A stretch of DNA of 64,000 nt from Nitrososphaeria archaeon. Lineage in GTDB: Archaea > Thermoproteota > Nitrososphaeria > JACIWG01. Below, one piece after another: positions 15,905 through 25,903 of this stretch. The notes under the pieces were generated by a model. The model saw only the letters and a program-made list of their open reading frames with translations. It was not told the DNA's origin and searched no databases. The stretch is from contig JBEKIG010000003.1 in assembly GCA_050011875.1 (NCBI GenBank), positions 127,677 to 191,676 of the forward strand. The letters are read 5' to 3'. How positions within the stretch are numbered: position 1 is the first letter of the stretch; each line of letters opens with the position of its first letter. A program made the translations under genes and the position numbers.

Positions 15905-17635
15905 ATGAATGACGATAAGGGGATAGAAGAGGTGATTAAGGAGCTTATCTCCCTTTCTAAGAGAACTCCGCTACGAGGCGAGGATCAAGAAAGGGCCAAG
16001 GAACTTATGATACTCCTCAAAGAACATGGTTACACAAATGGGCAGATAAGCAAACTCCTCGAAGGAAAATTAAGCGAGAGGACCATAAAATCTTATACAA
16101 AAAAAGTTACAGTTAAAGATTCAAGTTCAAAGGATGAAGCTATAAGTCTTCTGTCAAAGGCCGTTCAGGAGAACCTGACCCTTGAAGACATAGAACAAAC
16201 CGTTGGCGTCATAGAGGATCTTAGAGCTAAAGGTTTAGGCGTAAGAGATGTAATAACCTTCCTCGAAGAAGTAAAAAGTTCCGGCATGGATACTAAAATA
16301 GTTCTTCATGCGTTCAGCAACCTTAAGCAGTCTGGGTTATCCGTCAAGCAGTTGTCTGAAACCTTGGGGTACATACAAAACCTTCAAAAACAGGGGTTCG
16401 CTTTAGTCGAACTCGAAAAACTTCTTAAGGCATGCGAAAACTATGGTGGATACAACCAAGTTTTGGATGCAATAACAGCATACCGTTCGGTTGAAGAAAT
16501 GAAAGGAAAATATGAATGGCTGGTTTCCGAAATTACAAAGTTTGAAAATCAGAAAAGCGAATTAGGAACTGAAATAGATTGGCTCCAGAAGAAGGAAGCA
16601 GAAATAAAAGCCCCAATAGACCTCTATCAAAGACTATTGAAAATGGGATATGATATGCCTGTTCTAAAGAAGCTCGAGGAATCCACAGCCAAGTGGGGAA
16701 CTCTAGAAAAAGTGCTTGAAGCCACAAACTCCTACGCTACCTTACAGGACTTGAAAAGGGATATAGCGAATGAAGATTCTAAATTCAAAGAAAAACAGTT
16801 GGCCTATGCAAACCTTCAAACCGTCATTTCAATGTGCAGCGATCTCCTCTATAGGTACAAATACGATGTTCCATTCATAACAAATATTTATAGAATAGCT
16901 AAGCAGTACGGTGAACCCTCAGAAGTCTTGAGAGCTCTTGAAATGTATGGGGATAAAGCAACCATAGAAGACAAAATAAGCTTGTTGGAAAAAAGGAAAA
17001 ATGAGCTTGAACCTGAAGTTAAAAGTCTAGAGGAAAAGGTTGTTGAAATAAAAGGTCAAGTGCCCGCGTTAGAGGAACAAAAGAAGGATATCCTAGAGCA
17101 GGTCGAGTTTGCAAATGCGATCGAGATTCTAATTAGAGACCCGAGAGGAATTGCAGAATACTTTCTGAAAACGCTTGCAAAGAGATTTAATGATGCACTG
17201 GAAAAAAGGGCAAAAGGGTTAACATTCGCCTCCCAGGCTGACCTAATGATGGCCAAGCAAGAACTGATCAAAAGTATTATAGATACGGTCACAATGGATG
17301 CTCTACAAAAGGCGAAGTTAGCTGCAGAAGTTAGGAAATATGAAGCCGAAATTAAGAGGCTCAGTTCTGAGGTTAAGAAAAGAGATAATGCAGTCAAGGA
17401 AATTGATGAAAACCTGTTCTCAAGGCTTAGAGGTTTGTATGGTTTCCAAATTTCATGTCCGAAATGTTCCCAAGATAGTCTCCATCGTCCTGTGGCGGAA
17501 GATTGGGAAAGCCTCCTTCAAAAGGGATATCTCACATTTAAATGTGTCCCATGCGGAGAAACCTCAAATCTTACCCTTAATGACATTTACCTGAACGTAC
17601 TCAAAAATGGTTTCTATAGTTTGAAGAGGTATTAG
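15905..17635 (+). CDS. HTH / helical-repeat / coiled-coil / Zn-ribbon protein, no NTPase motif
   Basis: N-terminal GYTNGQISKLLEGKLSERTIKSY (HTH-like), three internal repeats each followed by heptads, and C-terminal CPKC...CVPC. Confidence 0.85.
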   Translation: MNDDKGIEEVIKELISLSKRTPLRGEDQERAKELMILLKEHGYTNGQISKLLEGKLSERTIKSYTKKVTVKDSSSKDEAISLLSKAVQENLTLEDIEQTVGVIEDLRAKGLGVRDVITFLEEVKSSGMDTKIVLHAFSNLKQSGLSVKQLSETLGYIQNLQKQGFALVELEKLLKACENYGGYNQVLDAITAYRSVEEMKGKYEWLVSEITKFENQKSELGTEIDWLQKKEAEIKAPIDLYQRLLKMGYDMPVLKKLEESTAKWGTLEKVLEATNSYATLQDLKRDIANEDSKFKEKQLAYANLQTVISMCSDLLYRYKYDVPFITNIYRIAKQYGEPSEVLRALEMYGDKATIEDKISLLEKRKNELEPEVKSLEEKVVEIKGQVPALEEQKKDILEQVEFANAIEILIRDPRGIAEYFLKTLAKRFNDALEKRAKGLTFASQADLMMAKQELIKSIIDTVTMDALQKAKLAAEVRKYEAEIKRLSSEVKKRDNAVKEIDENLFSRLRGLYGFQISCPKCSQDSLHRPVAEDWESLLQKGYLTFKCVPCGETSNLTLNDIYLNVLKNGFYSLKRY

Positions 17636-17742
17636 AAATCATCTGGTCGCAAGCGGTCCAAAAAACTATAATGTTAAAGAATTTATGTAAGGATTTTTAT
17701 TGATATGTTTAAATCAAACTTATTCAAATTACAACATTAGAG

Positions 17743-18192
17743 TTGGTCTTTTTGGAAGACTTAATTATATCAAGTTCCGCATTCCAGAACAACGGACGTA
17801 TACCTAAGAAATATACTTGTGATGGAGAGGACGTGAATCCTCCGCTTAAAATAGAAGGAGTACCAGAAAATGCTAAAAGTCTTGCGTTAATCGTGGACGA
17901 TCCGGATGCGCCTATGGGAACCTGGGTTCACTGGGTTGTATGGGACATCTCCAATGTGTCGGAAATCAAGGAGAATAGTGTTCCAGGAATTGAAGGCGAA
18001 AACAGTTTTGGAAGACATAAATATGGTGGACCATGTCCACCTTCAGGAACCCATAGATACTTCTTTAAAGTCTACGCTTTAGATACGTGGCTTAACATTC
18101 CTGCTAAATCAAAAAAGAAGGATGTAGAGGGATCTTTGGAAGGACATATTCTTGCAAAGGGGGAGATGATAGGGCTTTATAGCAGAAGCTAG
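17743..18192 (+). CDS. YbhB/YbcL (PEBP / Raf kinase inhibitor-like) protein
   Basis: DDPDAP, WVHW and YGGPCPPSGTHRYFF. Confidence 0.93.
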   Translation: MVFLEDLIISSSAFQNNGRIPKKYTCDGEDVNPPLKIEGVPENAKSLALIVDDPDAPMGTWVHWVVWDISNVSEIKENSVPGIEGENSFGRHKYGGPCPPSGTHRYFFKVYALDTWLNIPAKSKKKDVEGSLEGHILAKGEMIGLYSRS

Positions 18193-18317
18193 TATCTTTG
18201 TCAATGTAAAGAATTCAATCCTACAATGTCTTAGGATAAGTTCTATTTATTGCCACAGCTAATAGAAGTACAGGTTAGTTTCTGCAACATATTTAACTTG
18301 ACTTAATGTTACATACT

Positions 18318-18527
18318 CTATTCTTTTGCGAGGATTACTTCCGTTGATTTTATTATTACCTTTACTTTATCTCCCTTCTTTATCTTAAGGTCTTCAACTG
18401 CTTCTTTGGTAATAACAGATGTAACTGTAGCAGGAACTTCAATCTTCACCTTTACCTTTGCGGTGATTACACCTATTTCAACATCTTCTACTTTTCCCTC
18501 AAACTGGTTTCTTGCGCTTAATTTCAA
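18318..18527 (-). CDS. Molybdenum-pterin-binding TOBE/Mop protein
   Basis: MKLSARNQ...SVITKEAVEDL...IKSTEV. Confidence 0.9.
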   Translation of the reverse strand: MKLSARNQFEGKVEDVEIGVITAKVKVKIEVPATVTSVITKEAVEDLKIKKGDKVKVIIKSTEVILAKE

Positions 18528-18617
18528 TTATATCGCCAATTATTTATTGAAGTTAAGGCATATAAAAGCGTTTATACAATTATCAATTTTTAAATAGAGC
18601 TTCCTGCAATGTTATAG

Positions 18618-18962
18618 ATGATTTGTATGGATTTAGCGAAACAAAAGTGTGTACCGTGCGAAGGTGGGACACCACCCATGTCGAGGGCTGAAGCAGAGAA
18701 ATATATTCCAGAAATTCCAGGTTGGATATTGTATGATGATCACATAGAGAAAGAATATAAATTCAGCAGTTATCTAGATGGTCTAGAGTTTACATATAGG
18801 CTCGGCAAAACTGCCGAAGAACAGGATCATCACCCCGATATCCTAATTAGGTGGAAGCGTGTTAAGGTCACTTTGACGACGCACGCTATCAAGGGTTTGA
18901 GTGCCAATGATTTTATTATGGCCGCGAAAGCTGAGAAAATCTTTAGTGGGAAAGATGTGTAA
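18618..18962 (+). CDS. Pterin-4a-carbinolamine dehydratase
   Basis: CVPCEGG, DHHPDI and THAIKGLSANDFIMAAK. Confidence 0.93.
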   Translation: MICMDLAKQKCVPCEGGTPPMSRAEAEKYIPEIPGWILYDDHIEKEYKFSSYLDGLEFTYRLGKTAEEQDHHPDILIRWKRVKVTLTTHAIKGLSANDFIMAAKAEKIFSGKDV

Positions 18963-19044
18963 CTAACCCTTTTCCATGCCAGCGCTTCAAACTTTTTAGG
19001 GAAATAACCTTCTAGAGTCCTTTAGGATATTAAAAAAGGATGAG

Positions 19045-19617
19045 TCACCAGTTCTCTGCTAGCACTTCGTAGAATGCCTGTGGATGTTTGCATGCGGGGC
19101 ATACCTTCGGAGCTTCCGTACCTACGTAGGTGTACCCACAATTTCTACAGTGCCAGATTACCGGTTTTTCCCTTTTAAAGAATGAACCTGATTGCACAAT
19201 TTTCAATAGCGCTCTGTATCGCCTTTCATGAAACTGCTCCACTTCAGCGACTTCCGTAAACGATTTTGCTACATTCAGAAAGCCTTCTTCCTGCGCAATC
19301 TTGGAAAACGAAGGATACAAAGTGCCCCACTCCAATTTTTCACCTTCAGCCGCTGCCAGTAGGTTATCGGCGACCCTACCTAAAACTCCTGCAGGATAAG
19401 ATGCCGTGATTTCTACTGCACCGCCCTGTAGAAAGCTGAAGAATATTTTGGCGTGCTCCTTCTCGTTGTCCGCGGTTTCCAAGAAGATTGCGGAAACCTG
19501 TTCAAGACCCTCACTGCGAGCAGCGCTCGCAAAGTAGGTGTAACGGTTTCTTGCTTGAGACTCTCCAGCAAATGCCGCTAGGAGATTCTTTTCTGTTCTG
19601 CTCCCTTTAAATTCCAT
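19045..19617 (-). CDS. rbr: Rubrerythrin
   Basis: AFAGESQARNRY, ExxH pairs and a rubredoxin-like CRNC...CPAC. Confidence 0.96.
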   Translation of the reverse strand: MEFKGSRTEKNLLAAFAGESQARNRYTYFASAARSEGLEQVSAIFLETADNEKEHAKIFFSFLQGGAVEITASYPAGVLGRVADNLLAAAEGEKLEWGTLYPSFSKIAQEEGFLNVAKSFTEVAEVEQFHERRYRALLKIVQSGSFFKREKPVIWHCRNCGYTYVGTEAPKVCPACKHPQAFYEVLAENW

Positions 19618-19693
19618 ATTCTTTTCCTCTGCTCGGAGCCTATTCTATTTTAATTATATTAATTTTTTGTAATTAAGGCGTTTATACGGTTCA

Positions 19694-20272
19694 TCATGGA
19701 TTCCCGTCTATCATCATCATCTGTAGCGCTTCTTCTCTTTTCGCCTGTGAAGTTTCAAAAATTCCTCTGGCTGTGCTTGAGACCGTTTCCACATTGGGCA
19801 TGGTAACTCCCCTCATTTCAAGACAAAGGTGTCTAGCCTTTACTAACACGAAAACGCCTTTTGCATTCAACTTTGTAAGTAGATAGTCTGCTATCTGCTC
19901 GGAGAAATTTTCCTGCACCTGCAACCTCAGCGAAAAGAACTTGACCACCCTAGGAATCTTTGATAGCCCCACAATCTTTTCCCCTGGTATGTACGCTACC
20001 GAGACATCACCAAAGATGGGTAACATGTGATGGGCGCAAACGGAGTAGAAAGGTATCTTTTTTACCGCGATTATATCATTGTATCCCGTGTTACTGAATA
20101 AAGTCATCTTCGGCTCATTCCTTTCATCCATACCCGAAAAAAGTTCTAGGTACATCTTAGCAACCCGTCTCGGTGTATTTCTGTAGGTCTCAGACCCCTT
20201 TTCTACGCCGATTTCATCCAATATGGTTCTAACAGCCTGCTCTAACCTGTCTTCGCTCGAGCAGGGTTTCAT
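19694..20272 (-). CDS. folE: GTP cyclohydrolase I (FolE type)
   Basis: TPRRVAK, CAHH, GLSKIPR, QVQE and HLCLEMRGV. Confidence 0.93.
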   Translation of the reverse strand: MKPCSSEDRLEQAVRTILDEIGVEKGSETYRNTPRRVAKMYLELFSGMDERNEPKMTLFSNTGYNDIIAVKKIPFYSVCAHHMLPIFGDVSVAYIPGEKIVGLSKIPRVVKFFSLRLQVQENFSEQIADYLLTKLNAKGVFVLVKARHLCLEMRGVTMPNVETVSSTARGIFETSQAKREEALQMMMIDGNP

Positions 20273-20629
20273 CTACTCCCAGTACTCCGCGTAATTCTTC
20301 AGGGATTCCCAGACTCTGACCTTCTCCAAGTTGTTTACATCAGCCTTCTTCAGTTCTCTGAATATCGTCTTTGCAATGTTCTCAGAAGTTGTGTCGTTTC
20401 CCATGACATCATTTAGGTGCTTATGGTCGTATTTATCAACTATGATTCTGAGAGCTTGTTTTAAATCAATAAAATCGGCGCCTACAAGTATTCCGTTACC
20501 ATCAAGCTGATTTCCTATAATGAAAACCTCAACCTTATATGAATGACCATGCAGGTTCCTACACTTACCTGGATGACCGGGAATTATGTGCGAAGCATCA
20601 AAGCTATCCTCAACCCTTACTCTGAACAT
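20273..20629 (-). CDS. queD: 6-carboxytetrahydropterin synthase (QueD/PTPS-I)
   Basis: FDASH, CRNLHGH (CxxxHGH), DHKHLN and TSENIA. Confidence 0.9.
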   Translation of the reverse strand: MFRVRVEDSFDASHIIPGHPGKCRNLHGHSYKVEVFIIGNQLDGNGILVGADFIDLKQALRIIVDKYDHKHLNDVMGNDTTSENIAKTIFRELKKADVNNLEKVRVWESLKNYAEYWE

Positions 20630-20739
20630 AAAGATGTTAACAAATCAGTAATATTTATATTTACAAATGCAAGTGAATTTTAATAAAAAATAATCACTTA
20701 AACGACATCGTGTACCTTTTTTGATTCTTAAGAAACAAG

Positions 20740-21156
20740 TTACATATACTTGCTTATCTTCTTTGCGACATGATCTAATTCTTCGTGACTTTGTCCCTGA
20801 ATTCTTTGAGTCTGACGGAACATCTGCTCTCCAGATCTAGGAATTATGTGTACGTGTAAATGGGGTACGCGCTGGCCTGCGGCAATTCCGTTTCTTTGGG
20901 TTATCACAATTCCTTCTGCGTTAATTCCTTTCTTTACAGCGATCGCAACCCTTTTGACTATTTTGAACAAAATTGCAATCTCTTCGTCGGAAATGTCAAA
21001 AATAGTTTCTATGTGCTTTTTAGGGATAACGAGTGTATGCCCTTCACTTATGGGGTTTATGTCTAGGAAAGCTATCGCAAATTCATCCTCGTAAATCCAA
21101 TTGGCTGGCTCTTCTTTCTTAACCAATTTACAAAATGTGCAGGTACTATTTGACAT
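20740..21156 (-). CDS. HIT family hydrolase
   Basis: CTFC, GHTLVIPK and HLHVH. Confidence 0.93.
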   Translation of the reverse strand: MSNSTCTFCKLVKKEEPANWIYEDEFAIAFLDINPISEGHTLVIPKKHIETIFDISDEEIAILFKIVKRVAIAVKKGINAEGIVITQRNGIAAGQRVPHLHVHIIPRSGEQMFRQTQRIQGQSHEELDHVAKKISKYM

Positions 21157-21373
21157 AATTTCACCTTATTGTCTATGATGTGAAGCTGTATTTGACTTTT
21201 TTTCTTTGGAGAGAATCGGTAGTTATTTATTGGAGCGATATCGATTTATCATCCAGTTCCTAGAAAGGAAAATGAGGAGACTTCTAAAACATTTCGACAT
21301 CAATGTGAATACATAGAGTTAAACTTTTAAGAAAATAAATAAAAATTATATATCACTATATAAAAGATAATTT

Positions 21374-21517
21374 ATGTCAAAGGATTTGGTCTGTGGTATG
21401 GAAGTTGACGAAAAGACATCTAAGTTGAAGTCCAAATATAAGGATAAAACATATTATTTCTGTTCATCGGCGTGCAAACTGAAATTTGATAAAAGCCCAG
21501 AAAGGTATGTTAGATAA
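21374..21517 (+). CDS. YHS/TRASH-domain small metal-binding protein (47 aa)
   Basis: MSKDLVCGMEVD...YKDKTYYFCSSACKLKFDKSPERY. Not in the ORF track. Confidence 0.9.
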   Translation: MSKDLVCGMEVDEKTSKLKSKYKDKTYYFCSSACKLKFDKSPERYVR

Positions 21518-21596
21518 GATATTAAAGGCAAATTTTATAGAAAAATGCGTAAAGAAAGTTGATTTGGATATAATTCTTATATATCTTATATAAAAG

Positions 21597-22292
21597 TTGT
21601 TTACTATGGAAATAGTCGATAAGATTCCCATTGAACTGGACGCGGGGGAGATAATTAGAACTCAAAAGTTGGGCAAGGTGAGGGAGGCCGAAGTCAATGC
21701 TCTCGTCGAAAGAGCAGCCCCACTTATTGAACCTAGAGCCGTCTATTCTTTAAAAGAAGTTACAAGGGTAGGAGATGATGAAGTTCAGCTAGAAGGGGGA
21801 CACACCTTCAAAAGCCAAGTACTTGCAGATAATTTAAAACAAGGGCAGACTGTTGCCGTGTATGCTGTGACGATCGGGCCAAAACTTGAAAAAAATGCTT
21901 CTGAAGTAGCTAAAAACAGCATTCTCCAATCGTTCGTTTTTGAAAAGATCGCTGACTTTGCTGTATCGAAAGCGCGGGACTATTTGAAAGGTTTGATTGA
22001 GAGCGAGCTCGGTGGGAAGGTATCAAGCTTTGGGCCGGGAACGGGTACGGGAATCCTTTTCGATATAAAACAACAAAAGGTTCTCTTCAAGATACTTGAT
22101 CCTATGAAGAGCATAGGTGTACAGCTTTCTCCTAGCTATTTAATGATACCGAGGAAGTCGGTTTCAGGGGTTTTTGCGTTAACAGAAGAGGAATATGTCG
22201 CGTGCCAGTACTGCCCTAAAAAGTGCGATGGTAGGAGGACGGCGTTTATCGGGCAGTATCGAAGCGTCAATTGTGAACATAGTCGGTCCTAG
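21597..22292 (+). CDS. Stand-alone B12-dependent methionine synthase activation-domain-like protein
   Basis: AVTIG, FGPG, IGVQLSPSYLMIPRKSVSG and C-terminal CQYCPKKC. Confidence 0.75.
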   Translation: MFTMEIVDKIPIELDAGEIIRTQKLGKVREAEVNALVERAAPLIEPRAVYSLKEVTRVGDDEVQLEGGHTFKSQVLADNLKQGQTVAVYAVTIGPKLEKNASEVAKNSILQSFVFEKIADFAVSKARDYLKGLIESELGGKVSSFGPGTGTGILFDIKQQKVLFKILDPMKSIGVQLSPSYLMIPRKSVSGVFALTEEEYVACQYCPKKCDGRRTAFIGQYRSVNCEHSRS

Positions 22293-23326
22293 AAGTATTT
22301 TTTGAGCCTTTGAGCCATGTCTTCAGGAGTATCGTACGATTCGCCTTCCATCATTATCGTTTGAAGCCCCCAAAGGTCGCTGACAAAGGGTTCTTTGTAT
22401 CCCGCACGTCCCACAATTCTTAAACCCAGACGGAAGTAATTATCCGAATCTTCACCTAGGGGTCCTGAATATAACAGCATGTTAAAATTTGATAGCCCTT
22501 CGTCCTGATAGAAGCTAAGAACGTTTGACACCCCTTTTGTGAACGTTTCAAAGTCTTCTTTGTTCAGGTCCAGAAGACTTGAACGCTTCCTGCTTACAGA
22601 CCAAACCTCATATGTATTTGAAGGGGCGAAAGGAGTGAACCAAGCAGTTTCACCAACAGCCCCAATATAGCGTTCGCTTTTTTCTTCTTCTTTGATCAAA
22701 TCTAACCAAAAGTTATTTTTGTAACGCGAATAGTATTCTTGACTTTTTCCCAATAGTTCCCGTAGCAAATTAAACGATAGGTCACTCACGACGATCTGTA
22801 TGTGAGGGTGAATAACCGTAGAACCTGATAATGGCAGATAATTTTCGATGAAACAGGCGTAGAATGTTCTATCGTACGTGAGGGAAAGCCTTTTGATATA
22901 CTCCTGTCCGGCTTTGAAAGCGTTGCTCATCTTTTCTGGCGCAAGCTCTTTAGGTTGGAGGTAGTGTTCCTTACTTAGGACAACTATCGCGTTGTTTTCC
23001 ATATGGGCAAACAGGCCAGGAAAAAGTACTGCATCGCCGACCTGTATCTTCCCCTCTTCAATGATTTCAGGTTGGAATTTCGGTGTTGACAGCTCAAGTT
23101 TTTCTGGACAGAAAGGGCAGCTCGCCCTCGTTTTTTCAGCGACTTCAGCGATTTCACGTAAATCTGATTCGAAAAGCTTTTTGACATATTGAAACCTACC
23201 TCTGGTTATTACGGTGCTGCGGCCTGTGAGTGGGTCATATCTATGTTCTACGACCTGCTCTTCAGATTCAAAGTTCTTCAGTGGTGAACGAAATTTTGCA
23301 TATCTAATTTCATTTCTAAACTCCAA
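22289..23326 (-). CDS. Galactose-1-phosphate uridylyltransferase-like (GalT/HIT superfamily)
   Basis: RYDPLTG, CPFCP and GSTVIHPHIQ. Confidence 0.8.
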   Translation of the reverse strand: MEFRNEIRYAKFRSPLKNFESEEQVVEHRYDPLTGRSTVITRGRFQYVKKLFESDLREIAEVAEKTRASCPFCPEKLELSTPKFQPEIIEEGKIQVGDAVLFPGLFAHMENNAIVVLSKEHYLQPKELAPEKMSNAFKAGQEYIKRLSLTYDRTFYACFIENYLPLSGSTVIHPHIQIVVSDLSFNLLRELLGKSQEYYSRYKNNFWLDLIKEEEKSERYIGAVGETAWFTPFAPSNTYEVWSVSRKRSSLLDLNKEDFETFTKGVSNVLSFYQDEGLSNFNMLLYSGPLGEDSDNYFRLGLRIVGRAGYKEPFVSDLWGLQTIMMEGESYDTPEDMAQRLKKYF

Positions 23327-23541
23327 ACATATCAGATAAAAGCATTGTATCTTATCTCATATAAAAGTGTAGCTTCAGATGAGAGAGAGATAACTGTTCA
23401 GCTTTTAGATTTCCAGCTCACATTTTTTAACTATTGATATCGCTTCCCCAAGCCTTCAGGACTGGGCTCTTGCCGCTGCCCCCGCAGACGTAATTTTTTC
23501 AGCCGTAGAAATACTAAAATTGCAATAGGGTAGGGTCAAAG

Positions 23542-24792
23542 CTACTTCTGATATTTTTCTATCGCTTCTAGAGCTGCAAGCTTTTTACCCATCAGCGCTT
23601 CAAGGAGCGCGCCACCGCCGGAACTCACGTAAGAAATCTTGTTGTAGAGACCTAACCTACTTAGTGCCGCTATCGTGTGACCTCCACCCGCAACGGTAAA
23701 AGCGTTTGAGGCAATTGCTGATTCGAATATCGCTTTGGTTCCTTTAATGAATTCGTCGTTTTCGTAAACACCCATAGGTCCGTGCATCAAAATAGCCTTA
23801 GCACCACGTAATATGTTCTGATAAATTGCAATCGTCTTCTCTCCAATATCAGATATTTCGTATTTGTTTGGAAGGTTGATCATTTGTATCTCCACTCTTC
23901 TTCCGTTAGCATTGACAGCAAAGTCGATTGGCACAGATATTTTGTCACCATATTTATCGAGGATACTTTTGGCTCTTGGAACCATTTCTAATAGACCTTT
24001 ATCGGAAAGGGTCTTCTTGTTCGACGGCCCTATGTCAAGACCTTTGGCAGCGAGAAAGAGCTGTGATACAAGGCCACCTGTTATTATGTGGTCAGCACGA
24101 TCATTCGATAGCACGTAATCGATTATTTCAACCCCTTCTTTGACCTTAGAACCTCCCAGAATGTAGACGATAGGTCTGTTGTCTACAGAGCGTATTCTTT
24201 CAAGGGCTTTAATTTCCCTTTCCATAATTCTGCCCAAAACAGTGGGCATCACAACTGTGAAACCGACAATTGAGACATGTGACCTGTGTGCGGCTGCAAA
24301 AGCGTCTATAACGAACACGTCAGCTAGTGGAGCTAAAGTTCGAACCAGCAAAGATTTCGACTGTTCTTCTATGGCCTTTTTTTCGGTTTCTTCAGATAGG
24401 CTGCGCACATTTTCAAGAACCAAAATCTCACCCGGCTTTAGAGCTTTTACCGCGTTAACCGCCTTCTCTCCTACGACTTCATTAACGTATATCACCTTCT
24501 CTTTCAATATCTCTGACAGACGCTGAGCGTGTTGCTTTAACGTCGTGTAATCCGGATCTCCGAGTCTACCTTGATGTGCAAGTACAACAACTTTAGCCCC
24601 TTTGTCAGCAAGTTCTTTGATCGTTATCGAATGAAGTCTTATCCGTTCATCGTCCAAGAGCTTCTTAGTAGAAGGGTCTACGGTTGAATTAAAATCAACT
24701 CTTACGATAGCGGTCTTATTCTTGAAATCGAAATCGTCCATCGTCTTATACATGTCTCTCAGTCCCGAAAATCCATGATCCTTTTTATTCAA
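23542..24792 (-). CDS. pgk: Phosphoglycerate kinase (start may be 24753)
   Basis: RVDFNS, AHQGR, LENVR, DAFAAAHR, GGGHT and SSGGGA. Confidence 0.96.
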   Translation of the reverse strand: MNKKDHGFSGLRDMYKTMDDFDFKNKTAIVRVDFNSTVDPSTKKLLDDERIRLHSITIKELADKGAKVVVLAHQGRLGDPDYTTLKQHAQRLSEILKEKVIYVNEVVGEKAVNAVKALKPGEILVLENVRSLSEETEKKAIEEQSKSLLVRTLAPLADVFVIDAFAAAHRSHVSIVGFTVVMPTVLGRIMEREIKALERIRSVDNRPIVYILGGSKVKEGVEIIDYVLSNDRADHIITGGLVSQLFLAAKGLDIGPSNKKTLSDKGLLEMVPRAKSILDKYGDKISVPIDFAVNANGRRVEIQMINLPNKYEISDIGEKTIAIYQNILRGAKAILMHGPMGVYENDEFIKGTKAIFESAIASNAFTVAGGGHTIAALSRLGLYNKISYVSSGGGALLEALMGKKLAALEAIEKYQK

Positions 24793-24798
24793 AAGAAA

Positions 24799-25824
<1,026 letters not shown>

Positions 25825-25903
25825 TTATCGAATGCAGGTAAAATATTGCCCATATAAAAGAATTAACTATTTCTAGCAACTGAGGTAAATAATATAGATT
25901 TAT

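Larger units (their letters stand above)
4221..17700. mobile_element. Decayed tRNA-Gln-anchored integrated element / genomic island (right boundary uncertain, about 15200 or 17700)
   Basis: Starts at the tRNA 3' end. Contains integrase fragments, very AT-rich stretches, HEPN, HNH and RHH remnants, internal direct repeats and repeat arrays. Confidence 0.7.

Noticed and set aside
15905-17635. SMC/Rad50 or ParA annotation
   Set aside because: There is no Walker A/B, signature motif or hinge.
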